In this document: positions 19,167 through 28,630 of the stretch, piece by piece | How positions within the stretch are numbered: position 1 is the stretch's first letter | How the letters are laid out: every line of letters starts with the position of its first letter | Source of the DNA: Pseudomonadota bacterium | Lineage (GTDB): Bacteria > Pseudomonadota > Alphaproteobacteria > UBA11222 | Direction of reading: 5' to 3' | Assembly (NCBI GenBank): GCA_036758605.1 | Contig: DAIOWE010000001.1 | Span: 935-64,934, forward strand | DNA length: 64,000 bases | Notes under the pieces: model-generated | The model's input: only the letters and a program-made list of their open reading frames with translations | The model's database searches: none | Told to the model about the DNA's origin: nothing | Position numbers and translations under genes: made by a program

Positions 19167-19538
19167 CTAGGTTCTGTCGCCCTTGATGATTTCAGTCATG
19201 GTCACCCCCAGCCTGTCATCAATCACAACAACTTCACCGCGCGCTACAAGACGGTTGTTAACGAAAATATCTATCGCTTCGCCGACCTTGCGATCCAGCT
19301 CAACAATAGTTCCAGGCCCCAGCTTCATAAGCTGGCTGACTTCCAGATATGCTTTTCCAAGAACAGCAGAAACATTCACCGGAATATCGAACACTGCTTC
19401 CAGTTCGTTGGCTGAGCGAGCCCCGCCTTCTTCATTTGTCAGGCTGCCATCGACATTGCCATCTGTGGTAACAGAAGGCAGGCCATGCTGAACTTCATCT
19501 TCGAGATTTTCCCAGTCAATTCCGTTTTCATTACTCAT
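19167..19538 (-). CDS. fliN: Flagellar motor switch protein FliN.
   Basis: C-terminal SpoA domain …LMKLGPGTIVELDRKVGEAIDIFVNNRLVARGEVVVIDDRLGV…. ATGA-coupled to the upstream gene. Confidence 0.85.
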   Translation of the reverse strand: MSNENGIDWENLEDEVQHGLPSVTTDGNVDGSLTNEEGGARSANELEAVFDIPVNVSAVLGKAYLEVSQLMKLGPGTIVELDRKVGEAIDIFVNNRLVARGEVVVIDDRLGVTMTEIIKGDRT

Positions 19539-20248
19539 TTTGTAGAATCCATAAATTTTTGGTTGGCATCAATTTCAGTATTTTTGGGTGTAACAAAATC
19601 CGGTTCCACACCGGCATCAATTGAATCAACCCGGGATACATAGTTGGCAATCACCTGATCGATATGCTCAAGCTGTTCAGGTGAACGGTAGCTGACCCCT
19701 CCATCTGCCCACTCAATTACACATTGCGCGGGTGTCGTGTCAGGGACGCCAATAAGTATGACCCGCCCGGGGTAGCCTGTCGTAATCGTGATGCGATCAA
19801 TTTTTTCTTTTAATATATCAATTAATTTTTCATCAACCTTCAGCACGATGCGGGGCTCTGTATTAAGATTGGACAAACATGATAGAAAAAGCGCTTCGAT
19901 TTCCGCCGTTGGATTTTCCGCTATCAATACCGATGCCAGTTTTTTGGCGATTACCAGCGCCAATTCGGCAGATTGCCTGCGCAGAATTGCAATGTGTCCG
20001 GAAACTTCGGAAATAAGCGTGGAATATTGCGAAAGTAGCGCCGACAGGGTTTCTTCAGCCTGTTTTTCAATTTTAAACAGCGCCGAATCTTTGCCCGCAA
20101 TTACGCCTTCTGCAAAAGCCGCATCCTGGATTTCTTTTATCTGGTTGTCTGTATAGGAACGTTTTTTTTGCGCCGCGAAGCTGTCCCGTAACGTATCGCT
20201 ATTTTGCGTATCCAGATTTTGAAATGTAAATTTCAGGTTTTGTGTCAT
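19535..20248 (-). CDS. fliH: FliH-like flagellar assembly protein (Caulobacter FlbE position).
   Basis: 237 aa between fliG and fliN; the C-terminal …QCVIEWADGGVSYRSPEQLEHI… resembles the FliH C-terminal domain. Confidence 0.55.
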   Translation of the reverse strand: MTQNLKFTFQNLDTQNSDTLRDSFAAQKKRSYTDNQIKEIQDAAFAEGVIAGKDSALFKIEKQAEETLSALLSQYSTLISEVSGHIAILRRQSAELALVIAKKLASVLIAENPTAEIEALFLSCLSNLNTEPRIVLKVDEKLIDILKEKIDRITITTGYPGRVILIGVPDTTPAQCVIEWADGGVSYRSPEQLEHIDQVIANYVSRVDSIDAGVEPDFVTPKNTEIDANQKFMDSTK

Positions 20249-20254
20249 GGCCGG

Positions 20255-21265
20255 TCAATACACCAATTCGTCGTCGCTGTTACTGTCGGCAATCATGATT
20301 TCGCCTTTTGCAGCGAGATCTTTGGCCAGCAACACCATTGACATTTGCGCTTCATCCACTTCGCTGAGGCGAACAGGGCCCATTGCTTCCATGTCTTCAC
20401 GCAGAATTTTTCCTGCCCGTTCTGACATATTTGAAAAGAACAGATCCCGCAATCCATCGGATGCCCCCTTTAGCGCCAGGGCCAATTTGGATTTATCAAA
20501 ATTACGCAATAATGTTTGCACACTTCCAGGATCAAGTTTTCCTAAATCCTCGAAGGTAAACATCAGTGCGCGTATGCGTTCGGCGGATTCACGATTTCGC
20601 TCTTCAAGTGACGAAAGAAATCGGTTTTCTGTTTGCCGGTCAAAATTATTAAATATTTCTGCTATCACCTCATGCGCGTCGCGGCGGTTGGTCCGGGCTA
20701 GATTGTTCATGAATTCCGTGCGTAAAGTGCTCTCGACTTTATCAAGAATTTCTTTTTGAACGGATTCCATGCGTAACATCCGCATGATGACTTCTTGTGC
20801 AAAATCTTCCGGGAGCGCCGCTAGAACGCGCGCGGCGTGATCGGGCTTTACCTTGGTCATAACCACGGCGACGGTTTGGGGATATTCGTTTTTAAGAAAA
20901 CTTGCCAGCACAGATTCATTTACATTTCCAAGTTTGTCCCACATGGTGCGCCCAGCTGGACCACGAATTTCGTCCATAATGGTGGCGACGCGTTCCTCAT
21001 CCAGAAGGTTTCTCAACAGCCTTTCGGTTCCTTCGTAGGAACCAACGACGGAGCCGGTGGTTGATAGGCGCGAAACAAATTCATGCAAAAGTTTTTCAAC
21101 GGTATCGGACTGAACCTGTCCCAGATGCGACATGATTTGGGAAAGCTCGCGTATTTCCTCGTCATCCAGCATGCGCCATAACTCAGCAGCATGTTCCTCG
21201 CCCAAAGCGAGCATAATGATGGCGGCCTTTTCCGGTCCTTCAATGTTGCGTGGTGTGCTCACCAT
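20255..21265 (-). CDS. fliG: Flagellar motor switch protein FliG.
   Basis: 336 aa; …[15 protein letters not shown]… and the C-terminal torque helix region are typical of FliG. Confidence 0.9.
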   Translation of the reverse strand: MVSTPRNIEGPEKAAIIMLALGEEHAAELWRMLDDEEIRELSQIMSHLGQVQSDTVEKLLHEFVSRLSTTGSVVGSYEGTERLLRNLLDEERVATIMDEIRGPAGRTMWDKLGNVNESVLASFLKNEYPQTVAVVMTKVKPDHAARVLAALPEDFAQEVIMRMLRMESVQKEILDKVESTLRTEFMNNLARTNRRDAHEVIAEIFNNFDRQTENRFLSSLEERNRESAERIRALMFTFEDLGKLDPGSVQTLLRNFDKSKLALALKGASDGLRDLFFSNMSERAGKILREDMEAMGPVRLSEVDEAQMSMVLLAKDLAAKGEIMIADSNSDDELVY

Positions 21266-21285
21266 AATTTTCGCTGCCTCTTTAC

Positions 21286-23037
21286 TTATTCTTTGTCATG
21301 GAGCCAGGACCGCAATATCGCTATTGCTTCGTCTGGATGATTGCCAACGACTTCGCCAACTTTTTTGACCGATGACGCCTTTACCTGTCCGTCTATTTTT
21401 GCAATGTCGATCATAGAGTCGAGTTGTTGTTCTTTGGACTGAAGGATCTGAAGCATCGCCCCCGGTCCTTCCATCATGCCTGGCTGACTGGCCGTCGCAG
21501 ACTGATTTCCTGATGAAGAAGGTCCGGTTATTTGCGGCACTCCTCCTGCGCCGCCAGCAAGCGTCGGCTGCATCTGTCCGCCTGCATAAGGCCCAACTTC
21601 AAGCAGGCGCGTGATTAATGGCCGGAATACAAACAGGGCGGTCAGCAATGCAACGAGGCCCAGAATTGACGTTTCTGCGAAGCGCATCCAATCGCCGGTT
21701 TCGATACCCAGGAATGGCGCTTCACCCGCATCTTGCGACTCCAGTTCCATTTCAGAAAAACGCAAATTGGCGATTCGCACCTGATCACCGCGTTTTTCAT
21801 CATAGCCAATGGCGGTTCGCACCAGTGATTCTATCTGTTTTAATTCATCTTCACTGCGCGGGGTATATGTCCGGGCGCCATCGGGCTGTGTAGTCATGGC
21901 GCCATTTACCAGAACGGCGACGGATATCCGTTCAATTGCGCCTGCTTCTTTTGTCTTTACCCGTGTGGTTCTTGATATTTCAAAATTGGATGTTTCTTCC
22001 GTGCGCCTATCGCGAAGTTTGTCGTCGGCCTTTGCGCCAATGGTGTCGGCGGCACCCGGTAATTCGCTGGCGACGGACACACCTTCGGATTTTGGTTTTG
22101 CATCTTCAGACTCTTCCTCGACCGCACTGGTTGACCGTATTACCCGGCCATCGGGATCAAAAATTTCAGCATTTTCGGTAATGCGATCAAGATTTATCTG
22201 TGCAGTTACCTGTACGCGGATATTTTCCGGGCCAACTACACTGCCGACCAGGGTTTGTATCCGTTCCGATATAAGGGTTTCGTATTCGGTATTTTTGTCC
22301 TGAATATTTGCAACATTGCCTTTGTCGAAGTCGTCTTCAACGCCTCGCGCCAGCAATTTTCCCTTGTCATCAATCAAGGCGACCCGTGACGGGCTTAACC
22401 CCGGAACGGCGGATGCAGCAAGATGCAGTATGGCGTTGACTTGCGCGCTGCTAAGCTGTCCGCGCGATTTGATTACTATTGAAGCTGTCGGTTCCTGCTT
22501 GTTTCCCGATGCGAATAATTCACGCTTGGGAATAACCAGATGCACACGCGCATTCGAAATGCTGGAAATCGACCGGATGGTGCGGGCCAATTCACCTTCC
22601 ATTGCCCGTAACTGATTTATGTTCTGGGCAAAGCTGGTTTGCCCCAGCATATCTGATTTGTCGAATATCTCATATCCTACGGTCCCGCCTGCAGGAATTC
22701 CCTGTTCTGCAAGCGCCATCCGTAATCGCCGCGCCTGGTCCTGGGGCACCAAAATCGTGCTGCCATCGCCCTGCAATTGATAGGGGATATTCATCGCTTC
22801 CAGCTTGCTTAATATTTCGCCGGAATCCGTCATATCAAGATCGGCATAGAGCAGGGACATGGGCTGCGTTGTGAATTGCATCGTCATATATGTGAAAAAC
22901 GCAATAAGCCCAGCCGTGACAACGCCCATCGCCATCAGGCGGCCTGCGCCCAGCTTTCGTAAAAATTCTGTAAATCCGTTCAAATCCAGGTATCCGTCAC
23001 ACAGTAATCTTGTCCGCCAGGCGCCATCCTCTGGCAT
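21286..23037 (-). CDS. fliF: Flagellar MS-ring protein FliF.
   Basis: 583 aa, two TM segments flanking a large periplasmic domain; FliF family pattern. Confidence 0.9.
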   Translation of the reverse strand: MPEDGAWRTRLLCDGYLDLNGFTEFLRKLGAGRLMAMGVVTAGLIAFFTYMTMQFTTQPMSLLYADLDMTDSGEILSKLEAMNIPYQLQGDGSTILVPQDQARRLRMALAEQGIPAGGTVGYEIFDKSDMLGQTSFAQNINQLRAMEGELARTIRSISSISNARVHLVIPKRELFASGNKQEPTASIVIKSRGQLSSAQVNAILHLAASAVPGLSPSRVALIDDKGKLLARGVEDDFDKGNVANIQDKNTEYETLISERIQTLVGSVVGPENIRVQVTAQINLDRITENAEIFDPDGRVIRSTSAVEEESEDAKPKSEGVSVASELPGAADTIGAKADDKLRDRRTEETSNFEISRTTRVKTKEAGAIERISVAVLVNGAMTTQPDGARTYTPRSEDELKQIESLVRTAIGYDEKRGDQVRIANLRFSEMELESQDAGEAPFLGIETGDWMRFAETSILGLVALLTALFVFRPLITRLLEVGPYAGGQMQPTLAGGAGGVPQITGPSSSGNQSATASQPGMMEGPGAMLQILQSKEQQLDSMIDIAKIDGQVKASSVKKVGEVVGNHPDEAIAILRSWLHDKE

Positions 23038-23062
23038 GTCGGCAATATTTACCCAGTGCTAC

Positions 23063-23078
23063 GTGAATATCTCGTTAA
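23063..23078 (-). promoter_or_regulatory. Candidate CtrA box TTAA-N7-TTCAC immediately upstream of fliF (read on the minus strand: TTAACGAGATATTCAC).
   Basis: One mismatch to TTAA-N7-TTAAC. Caulobacter fliF is a CtrA-dependent class II promoter. Confidence 0.3.
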
Positions 23079-23104
23079 TGACGGCTCAAACTGTTTGTTA
23101 GCTA

Positions 23105-23147
23105 TAAAAAATAAAAAACCGGGAGCGTCGCCGCTCCCGGTTTTTTT
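23105..23147 (-). terminator. Rho-independent terminator for the fliK-flgD-flgE-DUF1153 transcript, insulating the fliF promoter.
   Basis: CCGGGAGCG-TCG-CCGCTCCCGG 9-bp stem, followed on the minus strand by TTTTTTATTTTTT. Confidence 0.6.
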
Positions 23148-23172
23148 GAAAAGATAATTTTGCGGAAGGAAG

Positions 23173-23460
23173 TTATTCTGGATTTTCACGATAATCCTGT
23201 ATCCGTGTCGTCCGCAGCCCCGCCAGACCGTGGCGCTCCAATGCGCTTTGCCATGCAAGGAACTCCTCAATGGTCAGAGTGTAGCGTTCGCAGGCGTCGT
23301 GCAGGCTCAGTAATCCGCCCCGAACAGCAGCTACAACTTCAGCCTTGCGACGAATGACCCAGCGTTTGGTGTTGGGTGGCGGCAGATCATCGAGCGAAAT
23401 CGGTGTTCCGTGTGGTCCCGCCACACTTAGCGATGTAATGGTCTGACTTTGGTTCAGCAT
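23173..23460 (-). CDS. DUF1153-family small protein (95 aa) inside the flagellar cluster.
   Basis: …KRWVIRRKAEVVAAVRGGLLSLHDACERYTLTIEEFLAWQ… matches the DUF1153 pattern. Confidence 0.55.
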   Translation of the reverse strand: MLNQSQTITSLSVAGPHGTPISLDDLPPPNTKRWVIRRKAEVVAAVRGGLLSLHDACERYTLTIEEFLAWQSALERHGLAGLRTTRIQDYRENPE

Positions 23461-23637
23461 TTTGTTACCCGTAGCTCATGCCAAAACTGGCTTCCTGTTA
23501 AAACTGGCTCTTTGTGATGCGGCCATTTTTATTGAGACTCATAATATCACCGGGCCATTAAAGAAGCGCTAAAGGTCACAGTTAAAAATGCGATAAAGCT
23601 ACATATTAACAATGACTTAATTAAGTATCGCAAAGCT

Positions 23638-23665
23638 TCCGGACGGCTGCTAAGCAGCCGCCCGG
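23638..23665 (-). terminator. Hairpin just after the flgE stop (possible weak terminator or RNA stabiliser).
   Basis: CCGG-a-CGGCTGC-TAA-GCAGCCG-c-CCGG; no clear U-tract. Confidence 0.25.
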
Positions 23666-23674
23666 TCAGGCGGA

Positions 23675-25006
23675 TTAGCGTTTGATACGGATCAGCTCAT
23701 CGAGCATTTCATCGGCTGTCGTGATGATTTTGGAGTTGGCCGAATATGCCCGTTGCGCTGTAATCAGATTTGTAAATTCTTCCGCCAGCTCGACGGTCGA
23801 TGCTTCCAGCACGTTAGGGTCTATTCGTCCCGCCGTGCCCCGGGTGGCTTCCAGCAGGGTAAAGGTGCCCGAAGTATCCGATTGGCCATAAGAATTACCG
23901 TTTCGCGCCGCCAATCCGTTTGGATTAGGAAACACAGCCAGCGGAATTTTGTAGATCTTCTGTCGGATGCCGTTTTCAAACGTCGCGGTTACAAACCCTT
24001 CATTGCTGACTTCCAGCCCTAGCAGGTTGCCAAACACCGCGCCGTTAATAGAGGCGGCCGCCAGAACCGAGTTGGTGGCGAACTGGGTAATACCGTCTGG
24101 TCGGCCCACCGTGCCGATATCCAGGGCGATGCTTGATGTGCCAAGACCGGTGATCGCCGTGTCCCATGCAATCGTCATCGGTGATGGGGTTGGAAATGTG
24201 GTGGCAGCATCAAGTGTGCCGTCAGTCTGGAACACCAGATTACCAGCGGCGACACGGCCCGCCGGATGGCTTGCAACCAGCACATCGGTAACCGGCGTAA
24301 CATAGGCTTCCGCCGCCCAGGTATTGGCTGCGGTTTTGATAAAGCCAAAGTTCATTGTGCGGCTGCCGCCCTGGCTGTCATAGAACTGTATGCTGCGGAC
24401 AAAATCGGGGGTGGTGATTGTGCCATCGGCGATCTGTCCCACAGCATAGGTGCCCGCGGCAGGATGCACGGGCGTGCTGGCTTTCAGGTTCGCCTGCAAG
24501 GACATTTGAGTCGTCGGATCGGCGGTGCCTGTCAGGCTGCTGATGTCGATAGGTCTAAGGGCGGATAGGTCGCTCAGGTTCGTAGGCAGATTGCCCAGAT
24601 TGTCGATGGGCCAGCCAAACAGATAATTGCCGGCAGAATTTTGCAGAAACCCCTGATCATTGGTGCGGAAAGCGCCCGCGCGGGTGAAATGTGTTTCGCC
24701 TTGCCCGGCTGTCGCCGAGGAAGAGGTTACAAAAAAACCCTTGCCGGTAATCGCCAGATCGGTGGGTGAGCTTGAAGCCTGCAACAGGCCCTGCTTGTCG
24801 ATATTCTGGTTTGGGGTGATCTGTACGCCGCCTGGTGAATAGGAGTGGTCGCCAGCCGGCGACGTAACCAGGGTGGAAAAGCGCGCTTTCGTGTCCTTGT
24901 AACCGGTTGTGTTCAGGTTCGCGATATTATCAGAAATAATACCAAGCGCGCTGGCGTTCGCCGTTAATCCGGATACGCCGCTAAATAGTGCACCATAAAT
25001 ACTCAT
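23675..25006 (-). CDS. flgE: Flagellar hook protein FlgE.
   Basis: MSIYGALFSGVSGLTANASALGIISDNIANLNTTGYK… and a conserved C-terminal rod/hook domain. RBS AAGAGGAAAA. Confidence 0.9.
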   Translation of the reverse strand: MSIYGALFSGVSGLTANASALGIISDNIANLNTTGYKDTKARFSTLVTSPAGDHSYSPGGVQITPNQNIDKQGLLQASSSPTDLAITGKGFFVTSSSATAGQGETHFTRAGAFRTNDQGFLQNSAGNYLFGWPIDNLGNLPTNLSDLSALRPIDISSLTGTADPTTQMSLQANLKASTPVHPAAGTYAVGQIADGTITTPDFVRSIQFYDSQGGSRTMNFGFIKTAANTWAAEAYVTPVTDVLVASHPAGRVAAGNLVFQTDGTLDAATTFPTPSPMTIAWDTAITGLGTSSIALDIGTVGRPDGITQFATNSVLAAASINGAVFGNLLGLEVSNEGFVTATFENGIRQKIYKIPLAVFPNPNGLAARNGNSYGQSDTSGTFTLLEATRGTAGRIDPNVLEASTVELAEEFTNLITAQRAYSANSKIITTADEMLDELIRIKR

Positions 25007-25125
25007 TTGATTTTCCTCTTGCGGGCGTCACTTGTTCGAAGCGCCGACCGGCTTCCTGTTAAGGCGCATCATTCATTACGCCGATTGAGATTTGAATGAC
25101 GCCCGTATGGACGCCATTGATTTTT

Positions 25126-26295
25126 TTACGATCCACCTGTTGTGGCTGTGGCTGTTTTTGCCGGTTCCGTCACGGTGAGAACATCACTGAGATTGATCTT
25201 CACGCCACCGACTACCAAAACGGGCTGATTGCCTGATGAGTCAACACTGGTCACCGTGCCATTAGTGAACACCTTGCTGCTGACGGGAACATCGTTCTTG
25301 TCAACCGCCGTTATGCTGATGCTGTACACACCATCGGGCTGCTGATCGCCGTTTTTATCCACGCCATTCCACGTCAGGGTATTCAGACCGGCTTCCGGTG
25401 TTACATTCTGTTCAAGCATCACTTTGCCCGCGCTATCCTTCAGTGTGACGACAGTGCTGGCGGCCTTTGGATCAACTTCATAGGTCCAGTTTGCGGTTCC
25501 ATTGGCAAGGTTCGTGTTTGTATTTATTGTTCTGATTTCACGCCCGATGTAATCGAGTGGCGCGCCCGCACTGCTGCTCCTGGTTACAGACAGCACATCC
25601 TTGAGAGGGACTTTGACGCTACCAATAAAGAGCGATGGCTCATCGCCAGAAATCTCCACATTGGTAACGGTGCCGGTTGTGAAAACCTTTGCCGTGACGG
25701 GTTTTTTGTTGAGATCAAGTGCCGAAACGCTAAGACTGTAGACACCATCAGGGAATGGATTGCCGTTTTTATCTTTGCCGTTCCATGAGAAATTATGCGT
25801 GCCAGCGCCTGTTACGCCTTCTACAGTAAATACGGCATTGCCTTTTGCGTCCAGGACAGTGACGGCACTGCTTGCTGCTTTCGGATCAACCTCGTAGGAC
25901 CAGTTCGCCATTCCGTTAGACAGATTGGTACTACTGTTGGCCATTCTTACTTCGCGACCAATGTAATTAAATGCGGCGCTAGATGTATTGCCGCTGGTAA
26001 GCGCAATCAGCTTTTCCAGATTTTTGTTAGACTGAATTGACTGTTCAACCGACGTAAACTGCACCAATTGGCTGGTAAATTCCTTTGAATCCATAGGTTC
26101 CAGCGGATCCTGGTTTTGCAACTGGGTAGTCAGCAATGTCAAGAAGCTGTCAAAATCATTTGCCAGTTTATTCAGTGCATTACCAGAAGCCGTAATAACG
26201 GGTGCAGGCGTCGAAGTTGAAGCCGCAGACGCTGCTGCCGTCGAGGGATTTTTTGGATCCGAAATTATTGCCGGGGACAGCCCGTTTATAGCCAT
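25126..26295 (-). CDS. flgD: Hook assembly/capping protein FlgD, unusually long (389 aa) with two tandem copies of the C-terminal Ig-like region.
   Basis: N-terminal FlgD domain …FLTLLTTQLQNQDPLEPMDSKEFTSQLVQFTSVEQ…, then two ~138-aa repeats each starting YIGREV/IR. Confidence 0.85.
   Translation of the reverse strand: MAINGLSPAIISDPKNPSTAAASAASTSTPAPVITASGNALNKLANDFDSFLTLLTTQLQNQDPLEPMDSKEFTSQLVQFTSVEQSIQSNKNLEKLIALTSGNTSSAAFNYIGREVRMANSSTNLSNGMANWSYEVDPKAASSAVTVLDAKGNAVFTVEGVTGAGTHNFSWNGKDKNGNPFPDGVYSLSVSALDLNKKPVTAKVFTTGTVTNVEISGDEPSLFIGSVKVPLKDVLSVTRSSSAGAPLDYIGREIRTINTNTNLANGTANWTYEVDPKAASTVVTLKDSAGKVMLEQNVTPEAGLNTLTWNGVDKNGDQQPDGVYSISITAVDKNDVPVSSKVFTNGTVTSVDSSGNQPVLVVGGVKINLSDVLTVTEPAKTATATTGGS
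25138..25965 (-). repeat. Internal tandem duplication within flgD (2 x ~414 nt, diverged).
   Basis: aa 111-248 and 249-386 align (…NWSYEVDPKAASSAVTV… / …NWTYEVDPKAASTVVTL…; …NGKDKNGNPFPDGVYSLSVSA… / …NGVDKNGDQQPDGVYSISITA…); the DNA similarity is visible by eye. Confidence 0.7.
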
Positions 26296-26306
26296 AATCG
26301 TTTTTC

Positions 26307-28322
26307 CTAAATTTGGATATTAATGGCGCGGTTCGCAAAACGCGCTGCTATAGGCGCAACAGTGTCATCCCAGTCATCTGACAAAGGGTCGCCGCCTCTA
26401 TCAGGCCCGTTATAGGCTAAGTCAGCATGCTGCTGATCCTGCCGCCCGCCCTTGAGCGAGAAGCTCAGTGAATTACTGTCGGTCTTCAGGCCAGCTTCCA
26501 TCAGGCTTCGTTCCAGAGCGCGTGAATCACGTTGCAGCAAATCCAGTGTTTCCGGTCTTTCTACCGCTATGACGGCACTCAGTTTTCCTTCTGCGGAAAC
26601 TTCCATGCGCACATCCACACGGCCCAGTTCTGGCGGATCAAGCCGCAACTGAAAGCGGTTCGCTACCGTGTCAGTATGCTGCGCAATATGAATGGCGATA
26701 TCGCGTATCGGCGGGCTTACATGCTGGGGCGGCGTTTCAGCGCGCGGTAGTACCGGCCCGGCGCCGGAGCGAAGGGCCTCCGGCTTGTCCATCATAACAA
26801 TATTGCCCGTTTCGCTCTGCGTCAGATCCGTGCCGACGAATTGCTGTAAACCATCGGGGGCCGCGGCCAAAAGCCCTTCTGAAGCCTGGACTAATGCCTG
26901 CGTAAAACCTTGCCCATCCAAAATTGTTTGCGGCTGTGATGTGATTATTTGTGCTTGCACGGCCGTTGTAACTGGCGGCGTTGCAGCCGACACGGCGACA
27001 CGGCCTGCATTCGAATCCGGCAAGGGCTGAATGGGCAACTTATCCTGTTGGCGCACCAGCTGCGTTTCCGCAGGAATATTGCTGCCGGTTGCTGGTTTCA
27101 TATTCAGGGGCGCGGCTAATTCTGCTGATAAAACCTGCGCTGCTGCTTCAGAAGCCGCCGGATTAGCCCCGTGCTGTGGCGTTGTATTTTTACGCGGGGA
27201 TGTTGGCGTTAAATTCTGCTGCCGACTGTCAAGCTGCGGTTCCAACGCAGCAGCAGATTCGACTGGAATTTGCGGATCCAAGGGTTGCTGTAACGCCACA
27301 GTATCAACGGTGCCGGTCAATATTTCGGGTTTCTTTTTTTGTGTAGTGTTCTGGTCAACGGTTTTGGAGTTTGACGCGCCCTGGATGGCAATTGGCGGCG
27401 GGTTTGTTACTGCCTGTTGTGGTGTAATGGATTGGTTAATAGAAGCATGTGCGGAATCTGGGGCAATTTTCAGGGCGCTGGAAATTATTTCCCTGGAATC
27501 TGTATACAGATTACTATCTTCTGCTTGAGCCGTGATGAGCGTTTGTTTGTGTAAAGGTTCCTGTGCGGGAGCTATCGTGTTCAAGGGAACATTGTCAGTA
27601 ACCGGCAAGGATATGGCTGCGGCGCTATTCAGCAACTTATCGGTCAGGGACACCGTTTTATTTTCCACGGATGTGGACATCGAATCAGTATGATTTTCCT
27701 GTGATGTTTGAAAAATATTAATTTTCATGTCTGAGGTTGCGGCCAGCGCAGGCGCAGATGAAGTAGATGCTATGTTTTCTGTTTCTGCATCAGATGGCCT
27801 GGTTACGATAGTGGTAACTTCCGAGTCTGGCAGCAGGTTGATTTTTGGATACATAATTCCGGATTTTGTATCCGCTGCAATATTCTGATCCGCTGTTTCA
27901 GGTTTTTTTTCATTTCCGGAAGACGTAGTTAGGGTGCCAGACGAAAGCAGGCTGTTTTTCGGCGTTTGCCCGTTATTTGACGCAGCTTCGTCTGCTGAAA
28001 TTACAGAAGAAAGGGCTTTCGTCACAATGGCAGGCGGCAAAACGGTTAGCAGCGGGTTCGTGAATATATTTGAAAAATCAGTAACGGCGCTGGTTCTGTC
28101 GTCCATGTTCTCTGGTGCAGGGGTAAGCCCCAGAATAATGTCTAATAGGTTTCCGAATTCTGCAATAACCTTGGGGTTGTCTTGATGGGGGCTGTCAGGC
28201 GTGACGCCTGCCGACAAACCGGTAGTGCCAGTGCTTGCAGGAACAGTGCGGGATGCAATAGAAGCGGCCGTATTTGTTATTCCCTGGCCGGGCAGTGCAA
28301 ATATATTCTGTAACAGTTCCAT
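26307..28322 (-). CDS. fliK: Flagellar hook-length control protein FliK (671 aa, long Pro/Thr/Ser/Ala-rich central region).
   Basis: C-terminal Flg_hook domain …RFQLRLDPPELGRVDVRMEVSAEGKLSAVIAVERPETLDLLQRDSRALERSL…. Confidence 0.75.
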   Translation of the reverse strand: MELLQNIFALPGQGITNTAASIASRTVPASTGTTGLSAGVTPDSPHQDNPKVIAEFGNLLDIILGLTPAPENMDDRTSAVTDFSNIFTNPLLTVLPPAIVTKALSSVISADEAASNNGQTPKNSLLSSGTLTTSSGNEKKPETADQNIAADTKSGIMYPKINLLPDSEVTTIVTRPSDAETENIASTSSAPALAATSDMKINIFQTSQENHTDSMSTSVENKTVSLTDKLLNSAAAISLPVTDNVPLNTIAPAQEPLHKQTLITAQAEDSNLYTDSREIISSALKIAPDSAHASINQSITPQQAVTNPPPIAIQGASNSKTVDQNTTQKKKPEILTGTVDTVALQQPLDPQIPVESAAALEPQLDSRQQNLTPTSPRKNTTPQHGANPAASEAAAQVLSAELAAPLNMKPATGSNIPAETQLVRQQDKLPIQPLPDSNAGRVAVSAATPPVTTAVQAQIITSQPQTILDGQGFTQALVQASEGLLAAAPDGLQQFVGTDLTQSETGNIVMMDKPEALRSGAGPVLPRAETPPQHVSPPIRDIAIHIAQHTDTVANRFQLRLDPPELGRVDVRMEVSAEGKLSAVIAVERPETLDLLQRDSRALERSLMEAGLKTDSNSLSFSLKGGRQDQQHADLAYNGPDRGGDPLSDDWDDTVAPIAARFANRAINIQI

Positions 28323-28412
28323 TTTGATCCCTGTTCGTCACCACCATTTTTATGGCGGCCATTCTGTGTAGCCACGCCTGATCACAAACAGGCATAAGAC
28401 GAACTATCACTA

Positions 28413-28427
28413 GCAAGGGGCGGGCCA
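28413..28427 (-). promoter_or_regulatory. Sigma54-type promoter (minus strand TGGCCC-N5-TTGC) for fliK-flgD-flgE.
   Basis: Minus-strand read TTGGCCCGCCCCTTGC has GG-N10-GC spacing and matches the Caulobacter-style flagellar sigma54 consensus; about 90 nt upstream of fliK. Confidence 0.45.
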
Positions 28428-28630
28428 AGTTATAAAAATCCCAAAAAGCGCGAAATTTTCGATCCGGGAAAACCACTATTTCCGGTTTTTTGAGATGACC
28501 GGCAAACATCGCCCGGAAACTAGCGCCAACAGGGAAAATTCTTCCATGCGCGACAGCCGACATCTTTCTGCGCGGCGCAAAAATTCTAAAAAATGGCTAT
28601 TTTCTGGGATTAGTCCGCTTTCCGGGAGTC

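Noticed and set aside
23173-23460. DUF1153 gene as a marker of an insertion sequence.
   Set aside because: DUF1153 ORFs are sometimes IS-associated, but no transposase ORF, inverted terminal repeats or target duplications flank it here. It is flanked by flgE and a terminator.
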